64,000 nucleotides of DNA from a virus. The stretch is from positions 32,001 to 96,000 of IMG/VR virus record IMGVR_UViG_3300021961_000037; one strand, 5' to 3'. The translations under genes and the position numbers were made by a program. Positions 1-9,219 of the stretch are shown here, one piece after another (within the stretch, counting starts at the first letter, position 1; the number at the start of each line of letters is the position of its first letter). Under the pieces are notes generated by a model. The model worked only from the letters and a program-made list of their open reading frames with translations. It did no database searches and was not told the DNA's origin.

Positions 1-938
1 CGCCGTCTCCTCGGCGGGCGAGGTGGTGTTTCTCTATCTTCTGGAACATCGATTTCTTGTTGCCGTTGCGGTGCGACACGACGAACAGGACCAACACGAA
101 GCGGACCATCTTCGCCGAATACCTGCGCTAAACGACCCCTCCTGCGTCCGCCAGTTGTTGGTTCTGCAACGCCATCACCTTCAAGACGTTCTGCGATACC
201 ACGCAATCCACGCTCAACACGTCCACCAGCGCCAGCATCTCGCCGGAGTCTGCTAGCCATTCTTTCATTTCTGCGATTTACTCGCCGACCACGACGACCG
301 TCGTCAATGTTTTCCAATCGTTCGCCAATGTTGGTTATTGCATTTGCAATCCGTCGTGCTACACCCCATCCACAGTTACGACCAAAGCGGTCAGTTATTT
401 GACCACCGTATCGTGTACCTACCGGGCACCTCCAACCGCCACGGCGATTTGTTCCTGGGATTGCCAAATTGGGATCCCATAGCGCACGGACACGCTTAAC
501 CTCATAGTTGAATGTTGTTTTGGTTTGGTCAGCGATAAAGGCGAGCGCTTTGTATTCAATGATGTTGTGGCGAATTTCGCTTGGGAAGTCATCAATTACG
601 CGGTCGGCAACATCTGATGAATATACGGTTTTTGAAATCATTGCTGGCGGCTTTGTTCCGCTTTCATATTGCGGAATGTTTGCTTCCTCTAGAAATGATG
701 CAATCCGTGTTCGTGTTTCCCTATTGACTTGCAATGGACCCTCTATGCTCAGGTCATCATCAAGCGCCCCATCAAGTTCGTTTTTCTTTATCGGCTTGTT
801 TTTGTAGGCTTCATCAAGCGCATTTGTGACATCGTCGGCATCTTCGGAAAGTGGCTGAAAGTCTGTTGACCCAGCAGAAACCGTTACGAGGATATACGGA
901 CGGTTGTCTCGTGTGCGGATGAAGTAAACGGATTTCAT
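1..938 (-). CDS. Putative head-cargo protein, runs off the window edge (not in ORF track)
   Basis: ATG at 938 overlaps the TGA of the upstream gene (ATGA). The frame stays open to the window edge: MKSVYFIRTRDNRP...YEVKRVRALWDPNLAIPGTNRRGGWRCPVGTRYGGQITDRFGRNCGWG..., then an Arg-rich segment. Confidence 0.8.
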   Translation of the reverse strand, partial: MKSVYFIRTRDNRPYILVTVSAGSTDFQPLSEDADDVTNALDEAYKNKPIKKNELDGALDDDLSIEGPLQVNRETRTRIASFLEEANIPQYESGTKPPAMISKTVYSSDVADRVIDDFPSEIRHNIIEYKALAFIADQTKTTFNYEVKRVRALWDPNLAIPGTNRRGGWRCPVGTRYGGQITDRFGRNCGWGVARRIANAITNIGERLENIDDGRRGRRVNRRNERMASRLRRDAGAGGRVERGLRGIAERLEGDGVAEPTTGGRRRGRLAQVFGEDGPLRVGPVRRVAPQRQQEIDVPEDRETPPRPPRRR

Positions 939-2221
939 TTCTTTGCTTTTGCCTTAAGTGATTCCTTGATGAAAGCCTCATAAACCCATTTGCGCACTGT
1001 TCGCTCAACACCATCCGGACCAGTAAATGTCACTAGTTCAAGCGGTTCTGGGACATTGCCGAAGTCTTCTGTGTATTTGAATGCGCCTTTTGTTGCGTCC
1101 GCAAATTCTTTTATGTTTGCGCCGACATCATATGGATTCTTATTCACTGCACTGTTTAGTTGTCGCCCAAATTTCCGGCGTTCACCAACGGTCAGTGGTC
1201 GCTGTCTTTCAATGCTGATAGAAGCACCATTGGGTGCAACAAACGCAATCCTACTCATTGATGGGCCAGCGAGAAGCGCAAGATCATCGGAGGATATTGC
1301 TTGTGGCGTTCTTGCTGCGCGAATCATTGCTCCATCCAGCATGTCTTTGTTTCCGCTGAACTGGCGGAGAACAGACGATGGAACAACTGGACGAAGAACG
1401 ATTCCGTCACGACGAATCATCCGACCTTCACCATCCTCTGCGCTCTTCAGCACTTTGATTGCATCAAGAACCGACTTGTTGAAAGCCTTCCTATTCGGGG
1501 CGGCATTTCTTGGTATTTTTGCAAGACGCTGAATTTGAAGAGTTCTCTCACGCGTGTTTTGTCCCTGCACAACTTCAGAAAGACTTTCTGCGCGTGCAGT
1601 TGGTGGCTTATTGTTTGCACGTCGGATTGCTCGTGCAATCAAAGCCAAGGGTCCTGGGATGTCAAACAATTGGGCTCCACATGTTGAGAATTGGTTGTCT
1701 GTGAATCTGCCACCAAACTCAAATCCTGCAGGGCATCGTGAAATCTTGTCATTGACATTAGGGATGAAGCGACGAACCCCGCCACCACCACCTGGAGTGA
1801 GGGCGCGATAAATACCCGAACGTATCGGGTTCCTTGCCGGAGATACGTTTCCAGGTGTTACATATGAACCAATGCCTTGAATAGTCCTTCCAATTGTTGA
1901 ACCAGAACTAACAAGTCCTACTTTTTCGTTAATTGGGTCACCGCCAACAACTCCCCTGCTGATTGTTGAGCCAAGGCGTGACATTCTTTGACGAAGATAA
2001 AGATGTGCTTTAAGATTCAGCAAATCCCTGTTCCCGTTAAGTGGGGTTGAACGAATGTTGGAATGACTGGTTGCAAGTTGTTTAGATTCGTTGATTTTTA
2101 TGGTCATTTCCGTTCCGAGCGGGATGATTGTCCGTTTCACTGAACTTCCAGTACGGCATCGACTCTTCACCCTGCGTGTCCGCAGAAAGCGGTCAATTGT
2201 TTGATTTATGAAACTGCTCAT
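935..2221 (-). CDS. Hypothetical head-associated protein with RCP..C motif (true start may be later, e.g. MTIKINE)
   Basis: 428-aa ORF in the head operon; contains RCPAGFEFGGRFTDNQFSTC. Confidence 0.75.
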   Translation of the reverse strand: MSSFINQTIDRFLRTRRVKSRCRTGSSVKRTIIPLGTEMTIKINESKQLATSHSNIRSTPLNGNRDLLNLKAHLYLRQRMSRLGSTISRGVVGGDPINEKVGLVSSGSTIGRTIQGIGSYVTPGNVSPARNPIRSGIYRALTPGGGGGVRRFIPNVNDKISRCPAGFEFGGRFTDNQFSTCGAQLFDIPGPLALIARAIRRANNKPPTARAESLSEVVQGQNTRERTLQIQRLAKIPRNAAPNRKAFNKSVLDAIKVLKSAEDGEGRMIRRDGIVLRPVVPSSVLRQFSGNKDMLDGAMIRAARTPQAISSDDLALLAGPSMSRIAFVAPNGASISIERQRPLTVGERRKFGRQLNSAVNKNPYDVGANIKEFADATKGAFKYTEDFGNVPEPLELVTFTGPDGVERTVRKWVYEAFIKESLKAKAKK

Positions 2222-2281
2222 CGGTGCCCTTTATTAGGTCGCAACTTATTTGAGGCTGAAATAATTGTACATTACTGAATA

Positions 2282-2533
2282 TCACTCCGATTCCTTCGGT
2301 TTGTCACCAATTCCGACGGATTCACGCCACTGTTCAATGTTTTTGTCGTTGATAACGACTTTGCCGTTTCTTGGCCGAGTACTCAGCATTACATCAATAT
2401 CCGTCGGCATTACGGATTCAGTAACAATTGTATACCAGATTTCCCCGTCGTATCCATGAACATAGGTTGCGCCAAGAAAACTGGTGACCCTTTCGCCACT
2501 GTGCCCGGTGTAGTCAGGTACTTTTAACGCCAT
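2282..2533 (-). CDS. Small hypothetical protein
   Basis: 83 aa, start overlaps the stop of the upstream peptidase-like gene. Confidence 0.65.
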   Translation of the reverse strand: MALKVPDYTGHSGERVTSFLGATYVHGYDGEIWYTIVTESVMPTDIDVMLSTRPRNGKVVINDKNIEQWRESVGIGDKPKESE

Positions 2534-4818
2534 CAGAAAATAACCTCTTCCTTTGGAAGGTCTGGCATCCGACCAGAAACCGCTCTCAATTTACGAACCC
2601 ATGCTTTCGCTTCTGGGGTCATGATAGTTGAACTGACCTGAGAATTTTGCGGAACAATCAAACGTGTCATCCGACTAATATCATCAATAACCTTGTCATC
2701 AATTACATTGGCATCAGGGAAATGTTGCACATATTTGCTAATCGTGATTCCCTCTGCAACGGACTCCCAAATGTTGGTTCTTGCGTAGTCGGACGATTGC
2801 CCAAGGTTCGGCAAAACATCCCTAAATGTTTGACCTTTGCTTTGTATGCGCATTGAGTCAAATCCAAGAACACCACTGAATGCCTGACGGCCTTCCTCCA
2901 TGAAATCCTCAATACTTTGTCCGTCAAGCGCTGTCTCAATGACTCGTCTGATGCCGTCAATTTCTTTGAAATCTTCAACATCATCTGTTTTGTAACCAAA
3001 CATCTTATTTCGGTTAGAGCCAACAGAATCCAGCGCCTGATAAAGGATGTTGTCCTTATCCCTCAATACTGTCTCTTTCGGAGAATAAAACTGGTTCAAG
3101 TTTTGAAGAGCATTTGAATCACTGTCAACCGCAAAACTGTGAAGAGTTCTAGTCGTGTAGTTACCAAAATATTCATCAAGATTCTTTGCTCCGGTGTAAC
3201 CGAAGTTTACTCGTCTTTCTTTTTCATCAGTAAAAAGTTTCGTAATATCAGACCATTTGGCATCAGGGTCAATACCGTGGTCAAGTGCAAAACGTGAGCC
3301 AAGATATGTGTCTCCAACATTTTCACCTTTGGAAATAATCTGTTGAAGCGCCGGCTTTGCGCTCGCATCCGGGTCAATGCCAACAGACCTTAGGATTTCA
3401 ACATAGTGCGATGCGTGAGCAACTTCGTGGATAGCGAGATTCACCTGATTATCGTCTGCGCCAATAATTCTCACCGTATGATCCAGCATGTCTCCTGCCC
3501 TGCCGACATCATCACTCAGTTTGGAATTATCCATCACCAAAGAATCTGGCACGATGCGCACAGCAGGAATTACTTTTCCATCACTATGAGCGGCCATCCA
3601 TGCGTAACCACCAGCACCGTCCAAACCCCTATCGCTTGAACGATGTACCTCAAAGGTGAATGTTCCTCTTAAGGATGGGTTATCGGCAAGAGAAATCTCG
3701 ACACCGACAAGAGACTCAATTATTCCTTTGGCAACCTCATTGCGGACGGCATTTTTGCCTTCTTCGGTTTGCATAATGTCAATGATTTTCTGTAATTGAC
3801 CTGCAAGTTCCTTGCGTCTTGCATCTCTTTGCGGCTCAAGCCCGTCAATTGCTTCAGTTATGAGAGCAATTCGCTTAGCGCCATCTTTTTCAAGATAGTC
3901 AAGTGAATCATCAATCATTTCCTTTGCACTTCTTGACTGTGGTATCCCCATCTTCAGCATCAATTCGTCGCCAAATTCTTCAAAACTTCTTTCCCCACGG
4001 TCTGGGACATATTTTGCGAGGAGTTTCTCCGACTTCGCCTCAAGTTCGGTATTGAAAGAATCGGCATCAAATGTGACTTTTGCGAGTAGCGGGCTACGAT
4101 CAGAATCTGCTGGTGGTGAAGCATCAGCCAAATCCATCTGCGGGGTTTCAAGTCTCCTATTTTCTTTTCTGTTCTTTTTTCGGATTGACGCAAGTACGCC
4201 AGTTGAATACCTTGCGGTACCAAAAAGATTGAGTCTGTCAATAAGTTCATTGGCCTCTGACCGCTGTTCTGCTGTCAGTTTCCCACTCTTCTCCAAACGA
4301 TTAAGCGCTAGTTCAGCCACATCTCGTCCTGCAGAACGAACCAAATCAACACCAAGAAGAGTCATTGCGGAAAGCGTCCCAGAACCGTCAACATTCAAGT
4401 AATCCAAAGCGTCAAGAGTTGCGAGCGAAGCCATTACTGCAACACGTGCAGCACCGCGAACTTCTTTCTTATCTAGGACTGCTTTTGCTTGAGAAAGCAG
4501 TTGACCAACTTCTCTCCTGCTAGCACGAACCGCACGTTTTGCGAGCGCCAAGCCAGGAACCATGCAGTTGGACATCTGCATGTCGGTAAACTGATTGGCG
4601 TTTGGCGTACCCGGCGGGCAACGAAGTTTCCCCAACTCGTCAACAATCACTCCAGCGGCACGCGCAGCACGAGAGCCAACAGATGAAATGTTTGGGTTGT
4701 CCCTCAGCGAAGGACCAAGAAAGCCCTTGAACAAAAGGACATTTTCGTGAACAGAAGATACAGATTTTCTGTATGCCTCCACCCTCTCGTTTGCATCCCA
4801 AGCAAGAGACGACTTCAT
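2533..4818 (-). CDS. Head-associated protein with zincin metallopeptidase domain and N-terminal RCP..C motif
   Basis: HExxH (IHEVAHASH) plus downstream YARTNIWESVAE; RCPPGTPNANQFTDMQMSNC near the N-terminus. Confidence 0.7.
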   Translation of the reverse strand: MKSSLAWDANERVEAYRKSVSSVHENVLLFKGFLGPSLRDNPNISSVGSRAARAAGVIVDELGKLRCPPGTPNANQFTDMQMSNCMVPGLALAKRAVRASRREVGQLLSQAKAVLDKKEVRGAARVAVMASLATLDALDYLNVDGSGTLSAMTLLGVDLVRSAGRDVAELALNRLEKSGKLTAEQRSEANELIDRLNLFGTARYSTGVLASIRKKNRKENRRLETPQMDLADASPPADSDRSPLLAKVTFDADSFNTELEAKSEKLLAKYVPDRGERSFEEFGDELMLKMGIPQSRSAKEMIDDSLDYLEKDGAKRIALITEAIDGLEPQRDARRKELAGQLQKIIDIMQTEEGKNAVRNEVAKGIIESLVGVEISLADNPSLRGTFTFEVHRSSDRGLDGAGGYAWMAAHSDGKVIPAVRIVPDSLVMDNSKLSDDVGRAGDMLDHTVRIIGADDNQVNLAIHEVAHASHYVEILRSVGIDPDASAKPALQQIISKGENVGDTYLGSRFALDHGIDPDAKWSDITKLFTDEKERRVNFGYTGAKNLDEYFGNYTTRTLHSFAVDSDSNALQNLNQFYSPKETVLRDKDNILYQALDSVGSNRNKMFGYKTDDVEDFKEIDGIRRVIETALDGQSIEDFMEEGRQAFSGVLGFDSMRIQSKGQTFRDVLPNLGQSSDYARTNIWESVAEGITISKYVQHFPDANVIDDKVIDDISRMTRLIVPQNSQVSSTIMTPEAKAWVRKLRAVSGRMPDLPKEEVIF

Positions 4819-4830
4819 CGTCTCACCTAC

Positions 4831-5061
4831 TTAGAACGATTCGGCTTCGGCAGGCTTCTCTTCTGTTGACTCAACCACCGCTTCTGTCACATCGGACTCG
4901 GCAACCGGCTCAGCAACGACTGCTTCTGCTTCATGTGCAACGGACTCTTCAGCCTTCTTTGATGAACGCTTCTTTGGTTTTGGCTGGGCGGAATCCTTCA
5001 CTTCTGAAGATTCTGCTCCGCCGATAAATCCAGCGCTGTTGGGTTGACGAACTTTCTTCAC
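4831..5061 (-). CDS. Small acidic/low-complexity protein
   Basis: 76 aa, ATGA overlap with the upstream gene; basic then Glu/Ala-rich. Confidence 0.6.
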   Translation of the reverse strand: MKKVRQPNSAGFIGGAESSEVKDSAQPKPKKRSSKKAEESVAHEAEAVVAEPVAESDVTEAVVESTEEKPAEAESF

Positions 5062-6569
5062 TTTGTTTCTCCATCTTGCTCAATTTCCAATGCGAGCATC
5101 TCAAACTCCATCAGGGAACCGATGAGATTCTTTGCTTCGTCGTCAGAAAGTTTCTCTTCATCTGTTTCGACCAGAGACTTCTCTCCGTCCATCCAGTTTT
5201 CAGGAATCATTTCTTCCTTGCCAAGGTCGCGGGCACGCTTCATGATGTGCTTCTTTGCCGCTTCCTTATCGCCTGCGCGACCGAAAGCCTGAATTGCGTT
5301 CTGCAAGTCCGCCTCATCAACGATTGGGAATGATCCGTCTGGAAGAGCCATGCCTTCTTTGGCAAGTTCTTCACGGCGGTCGTCGCTATACATGCGCTTC
5401 AGGGCAAGGTCAGCAACTTCCTCATCAATATCCGATGCTTCTTCGGCATCGTACTCGTCATATCCGAGTACTTCTCCGTCAACACCAACGAAGACATCGT
5501 AAGACTTGCCGTCCGTGCCCTCAATTTCAACGGCGTATGCGTCGTAGCCCTCGAACATGTCTGCATCAACGGCAACAACTTCGCCCTCAATGGACTTCGT
5601 TGCAATTGACGCTGCTTCGTCAAACGAGATGACTTTCTCGCCAGGGACTGTGGCAACTTCGCCAATCAAATCCTCATTCAGGAGGTGCCATCCCATGCAC
5701 TCGCCGGTAGTTCCGTCAAAGTAAGCCTCAATCGGCTTTCCATCTTTGCGCTGAACATCAACAACGAAGATATCCGTCTTGTCTGCGTATCCAGAGTCAA
5801 GGATTTTTCCGCTGAACATATCTTCGGCGATACCTTCAACTTCAAGAAGTGTCGGCATATTTTCGTGTGGTTCGCATCCGCCAGGGCAGTTTGCGCAAAT
5901 GTCACTTCCACCAGGGTACATTTTGCGCTCAATCGCGCAAACGAACGCCTGCTCGTCACCATCGAACTGCTCGCTCTTCACGCCCATGCTTTCCATGCGC
6001 TTCTTGCGTGCATTCTTGCGGTTCTTGAGCATTTCCTCAAGTTGACCCCACATCTTTTCTTCTTCTTCGTCGTCCATTTGGTCGTCGCCATCAACTGCTG
6101 TGACAGCGTCTTCCTTCATGTCGTCTTCTTCTTCGTCGTCCTCTTCGTCGGCGACTGCTGCGGCCATTACTTCCATCGGGGAAGTTGGCTTGGCTGCTGA
6201 CGCCTTCTCTTCAACATCCTCAACATTCTCTGTTGTCTCAGTTGTTGAGTCTTCAACCCAGTCGGACTCAAATTCATCATCCTTGACTGCGACGGCGGTA
6301 GCACCGCACTTGCCGCAGACTTTTGCGCCTGGCTTGTATCCGCACTCAGAGATATCAAGACCCTTTGCGCACTTAATATCGCCGTTGGCGAGAAGTTGGA
6401 CTGTCGGTGTATCTGCCATGTCTTCTGACTCCTTGTATTGCATCGTCTTCACGATGCAACCCGCTGGATTGGTACAACCACTACATGGCGTAAGGCGTTT
6501 AACGCCCGAAACCATGCAGTGATATTTTGCTGATTTTTCTGGTAAACCTGTATTAGAAGTATAACCCAT
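5058..6569 (-). CDS. Multidomain acidic head protein (Cys clusters, PepSY-like domains, DUF6582-like domain); possible scaffold
   Basis: Three 4-Cys clusters; ISFDEAASIA...YAVEI..DGKSYDVFV..DGEVL (PepSY-like); ALPDGSFPIVDEADLQNAIQAFGRA; directly downstream of the protease. Confidence 0.6.
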   Translation of the reverse strand: MGYTSNTGLPEKSAKYHCMVSGVKRLTPCSGCTNPAGCIVKTMQYKESEDMADTPTVQLLANGDIKCAKGLDISECGYKPGAKVCGKCGATAVAVKDDEFESDWVEDSTTETTENVEDVEEKASAAKPTSPMEVMAAAVADEEDDEEEDDMKEDAVTAVDGDDQMDDEEEEKMWGQLEEMLKNRKNARKKRMESMGVKSEQFDGDEQAFVCAIERKMYPGGSDICANCPGGCEPHENMPTLLEVEGIAEDMFSGKILDSGYADKTDIFVVDVQRKDGKPIEAYFDGTTGECMGWHLLNEDLIGEVATVPGEKVISFDEAASIATKSIEGEVVAVDADMFEGYDAYAVEIEGTDGKSYDVFVGVDGEVLGYDEYDAEEASDIDEEVADLALKRMYSDDRREELAKEGMALPDGSFPIVDEADLQNAIQAFGRAGDKEAAKKHIMKRARDLGKEEMIPENWMDGEKSLVETDEEKLSDDEAKNLIGSLMEFEMLALEIEQDGETK

Positions 6570-6613
6570 AATAGTGTTTGCTTTCTGTTAGCAACGCGAC
6601 ATCATGCAAGTTG

Positions 6614-9130
6614 CTACTTTTTGCTTTCAATATTTTGGATTACATTGGTGAGAGCATCATATGCATCGCTAGGAATATCTGCGATGTCAAATATTTCAAC
6701 ACCAAATTCATTTGCTTCTGACTTGATTCCGTAGTGTTCAAGAACGGGGTCAAGTATTTCCTTAATGCCAAAGACGCTCTGTGTCTTGGCTTTCACGAGG
6801 AAACTTCCGCTTTTGAGTTCAAGTTCATTGACCCCTCCAGCGAGAAGAACTTCCTGCATCAACTTGTATGCGTCACGCAATTTCTGCATATTTCGTGCAT
6901 TTATTACGCGACCAGCCTTAACTTCAACATCTTCCTCAAGTTCTTTGACCATCTCAGCAAGCGCTGCGGCTAGGGCAGCAATCATTTCCCTGCCCCCACC
7001 ACCACAACTTCCGCCACAACCGCAACCACCACCAGGCTTTGACATGAGAGGCATCTCAATGGTTTGCCCATCTTCGTCTTCACCCTCAATAACCCAGTTG
7101 TCGTCACCAGTCATCTGCGAGATGAACTCTGGTTCTGCGTTCATGAACTCACGAAGAGCCTCGTATGCCTGCTTGTTTGCGTCCTCTTCGTCATCTGTCT
7201 CAAAGTCCGGCAAGGAACCAACAGCCATCCGTTCTGCTACTTCTTCCATCATCATTGCGTTCTTTTCCTCAGTTCCCTGATCTCCAAAAACCTCAATAAT
7301 GTCTTCCACCGTGAACGAGCCATCATCTTTGCGCCCTGCCAAGCGACGAAGTCGGTCATTCCACTCTGAGTCATTCCAAATTGAGCCGTTGGCGATTCCA
7401 CGAATCTTCTTGCGGCAATTCTTCATCCCAGGATGATGGCATCCTTCGTTCGGCCAGAGACCAGTCGTTTCGTGGTGAAGCCATGCACAGATGTTGTTCA
7501 ATGGGTACAACTCTGGATGGTTAGCAAGAATCACTCGGCATCTGCGGAATCCACCTGGCTTACGCATGATTGGACGCCAGTAGCGGAGCAAGCGCTCAAG
7601 GTTGCCTCGACGAGGACCGTACCCACGGAAACGAGCAGTGACCACTTCCTGCGGAATCAAGCCGCCAAGCGGGTCAGCCTTTTCTGGCGACTTCGGCTTC
7701 ACACCAACGGGAACCTGCGGGTCTTCATCCATGTCGTAGCGGTCTTCAAAACGACGTTCTTCGTCTGTGGTGGAAGGACCTTCGTCGCCGTTCATATTGA
7801 GAAATACCAACTTTGGCTTGACCCGTGTCGGGTCGCCGAACATGAACTTGCCGTCTTCGTAGTGGTAGGAAACGCGGAGTGTGGTGACACCCTGCTCGCC
7901 ACGGTGGTCAAAGATGACCTGGTTGGCGTCTGATTCACGAACACGAACAGCACCACCAAACCGTTTTGCAAGCGCACTTGCGAGGTTCGCCGCACGACCT
8001 AGTTCTGGCTTTGTTGCTGGAACGCTGTCGTCGTTTTCCTCGTCTGATTCTTTTTCTTTTGCTTGTTCCATCAGTCGGCTAATCATTTCCATAACGCGGC
8101 GCTTCTTAAACTGCTCCATTGCGCGGGCACGCATCATCCGCTCCACTTCGGAGCGATTCATCGCCTTCGGTGTCGGCTCCATACCCTTTGACCGGAGTTC
8201 GGCGTAGACAAACTGCTGGCATTCCTTTTTGAAAGACGGATCTGATGTCACAGCCTCAATTGCTTTGGCTTGTATGTCACCAATTTCTTCAGTCTTCTTG
8301 GAGTTTTGATAACGCTCCAGCAGCCTTCTGCCTTTTGCGGCAAGTTTGGATGCATCTTCCATGTTCTGGGGAACAGGTTCACCCCAAGCGGCTGCCGACA
8401 GTGCGAGACGTGTCGGTTTGCCGTTGTCGTCCTTCATTGGACCACTTGGGTTTGTAAAGAAACGAGTAAGGAATGAGCCCTTGCGACGCATCTTTTCTGG
8501 TGTGTCGGCGGGTCCCTTTACCCCGGGCTTGAGGTTTGAGCCCTGCGTGCGATTGAAGTGTCGTCGACCAGCGGCGGTCAAACCACCCTTGGGGTCTTTG
8601 AGTGGCTGGTCTTGCTTGATGCTGATTGTTCCCGTGAGTTGGTTTGCGCCATGCAAAACGGGTGAAACTTCGTAAAGTTCAACTTTCTTGAGAATGTTTG
8701 CTTGCCGTGCTGGGTCAAAGTCTGCCTCAAGTGTTTTGTAGCCAATTGACCATTCTTGTTCTTCCCCAAAGAACGAAACATCTGCAAATGCTTGACGTCC
8801 ACGCTCTGACTTGAGGTTGAACTGAACTCGGGCGTACATTCCGCCGATTCCAGCATTTTTCATTTTTGCTGGCAGTCTCGGGTCGGACTTCGGAACCTCG
8901 TAGATTTCTAGAACTTTTCCAATCGGTTCATTCCAGTTGTGGCCCCAAACTACGCGAGGCTTACGGCGCTTAAGGCTTTCCGTGAATGCGCCAGAGATAA
9001 TGATGTCCCCGACTGAGTCTTTGTTGCCGATACCCGCTACAAAGGCTTCAACAATTCCTTGGGCTTCGTCAACATTTACTTGCCCTTGGACTGCCTTATA
9101 TTCCGTAAGTTCGATTGCTGTGTTTGGCAT
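6614..9130 (-). CDS. HK97-family prohead protease with long multidomain C-terminal extension
   Basis: N-terminal ~170 aa: GNKDSVGDII, WGHNWNEPIG, WSIGY, ELYEVSPVLHGAN; follows the portal. Confidence 0.9.
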   Translation of the reverse strand: MPNTAIELTEYKAVQGQVNVDEAQGIVEAFVAGIGNKDSVGDIIISGAFTESLKRRKPRVVWGHNWNEPIGKVLEIYEVPKSDPRLPAKMKNAGIGGMYARVQFNLKSERGRQAFADVSFFGEEQEWSIGYKTLEADFDPARQANILKKVELYEVSPVLHGANQLTGTISIKQDQPLKDPKGGLTAAGRRHFNRTQGSNLKPGVKGPADTPEKMRRKGSFLTRFFTNPSGPMKDDNGKPTRLALSAAAWGEPVPQNMEDASKLAAKGRRLLERYQNSKKTEEIGDIQAKAIEAVTSDPSFKKECQQFVYAELRSKGMEPTPKAMNRSEVERMMRARAMEQFKKRRVMEMISRLMEQAKEKESDEENDDSVPATKPELGRAANLASALAKRFGGAVRVRESDANQVIFDHRGEQGVTTLRVSYHYEDGKFMFGDPTRVKPKLVFLNMNGDEGPSTTDEERRFEDRYDMDEDPQVPVGVKPKSPEKADPLGGLIPQEVVTARFRGYGPRRGNLERLLRYWRPIMRKPGGFRRCRVILANHPELYPLNNICAWLHHETTGLWPNEGCHHPGMKNCRKKIRGIANGSIWNDSEWNDRLRRLAGRKDDGSFTVEDIIEVFGDQGTEEKNAMMMEEVAERMAVGSLPDFETDDEEDANKQAYEALREFMNAEPEFISQMTGDDNWVIEGEDEDGQTIEMPLMSKPGGGCGCGGSCGGGGREMIAALAAALAEMVKELEEDVEVKAGRVINARNMQKLRDAYKLMQEVLLAGGVNELELKSGSFLVKAKTQSVFGIKEILDPVLEHYGIKSEANEFGVEIFDIADIPSDAYDALTNVIQNIESKK

Positions 9131-9185
9131 GAGTCTCTCCTGTGCTCATACCACAATAAACTATTTAGGTCTTCAAAAATGCAAC

Positions 9186-9219
9186 ACTTTCAGTAAAGTG
9201 TCTTTGGTTTACTGAAAGT
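9186..9219. repeat. Perfect 12-bp inverted repeat ACTTTCAGTAAA-N10-TTTACTGAAAGT
   Basis: Read directly in the portal-protease intergenic region; operator or RNA hairpin. Confidence 0.7.
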
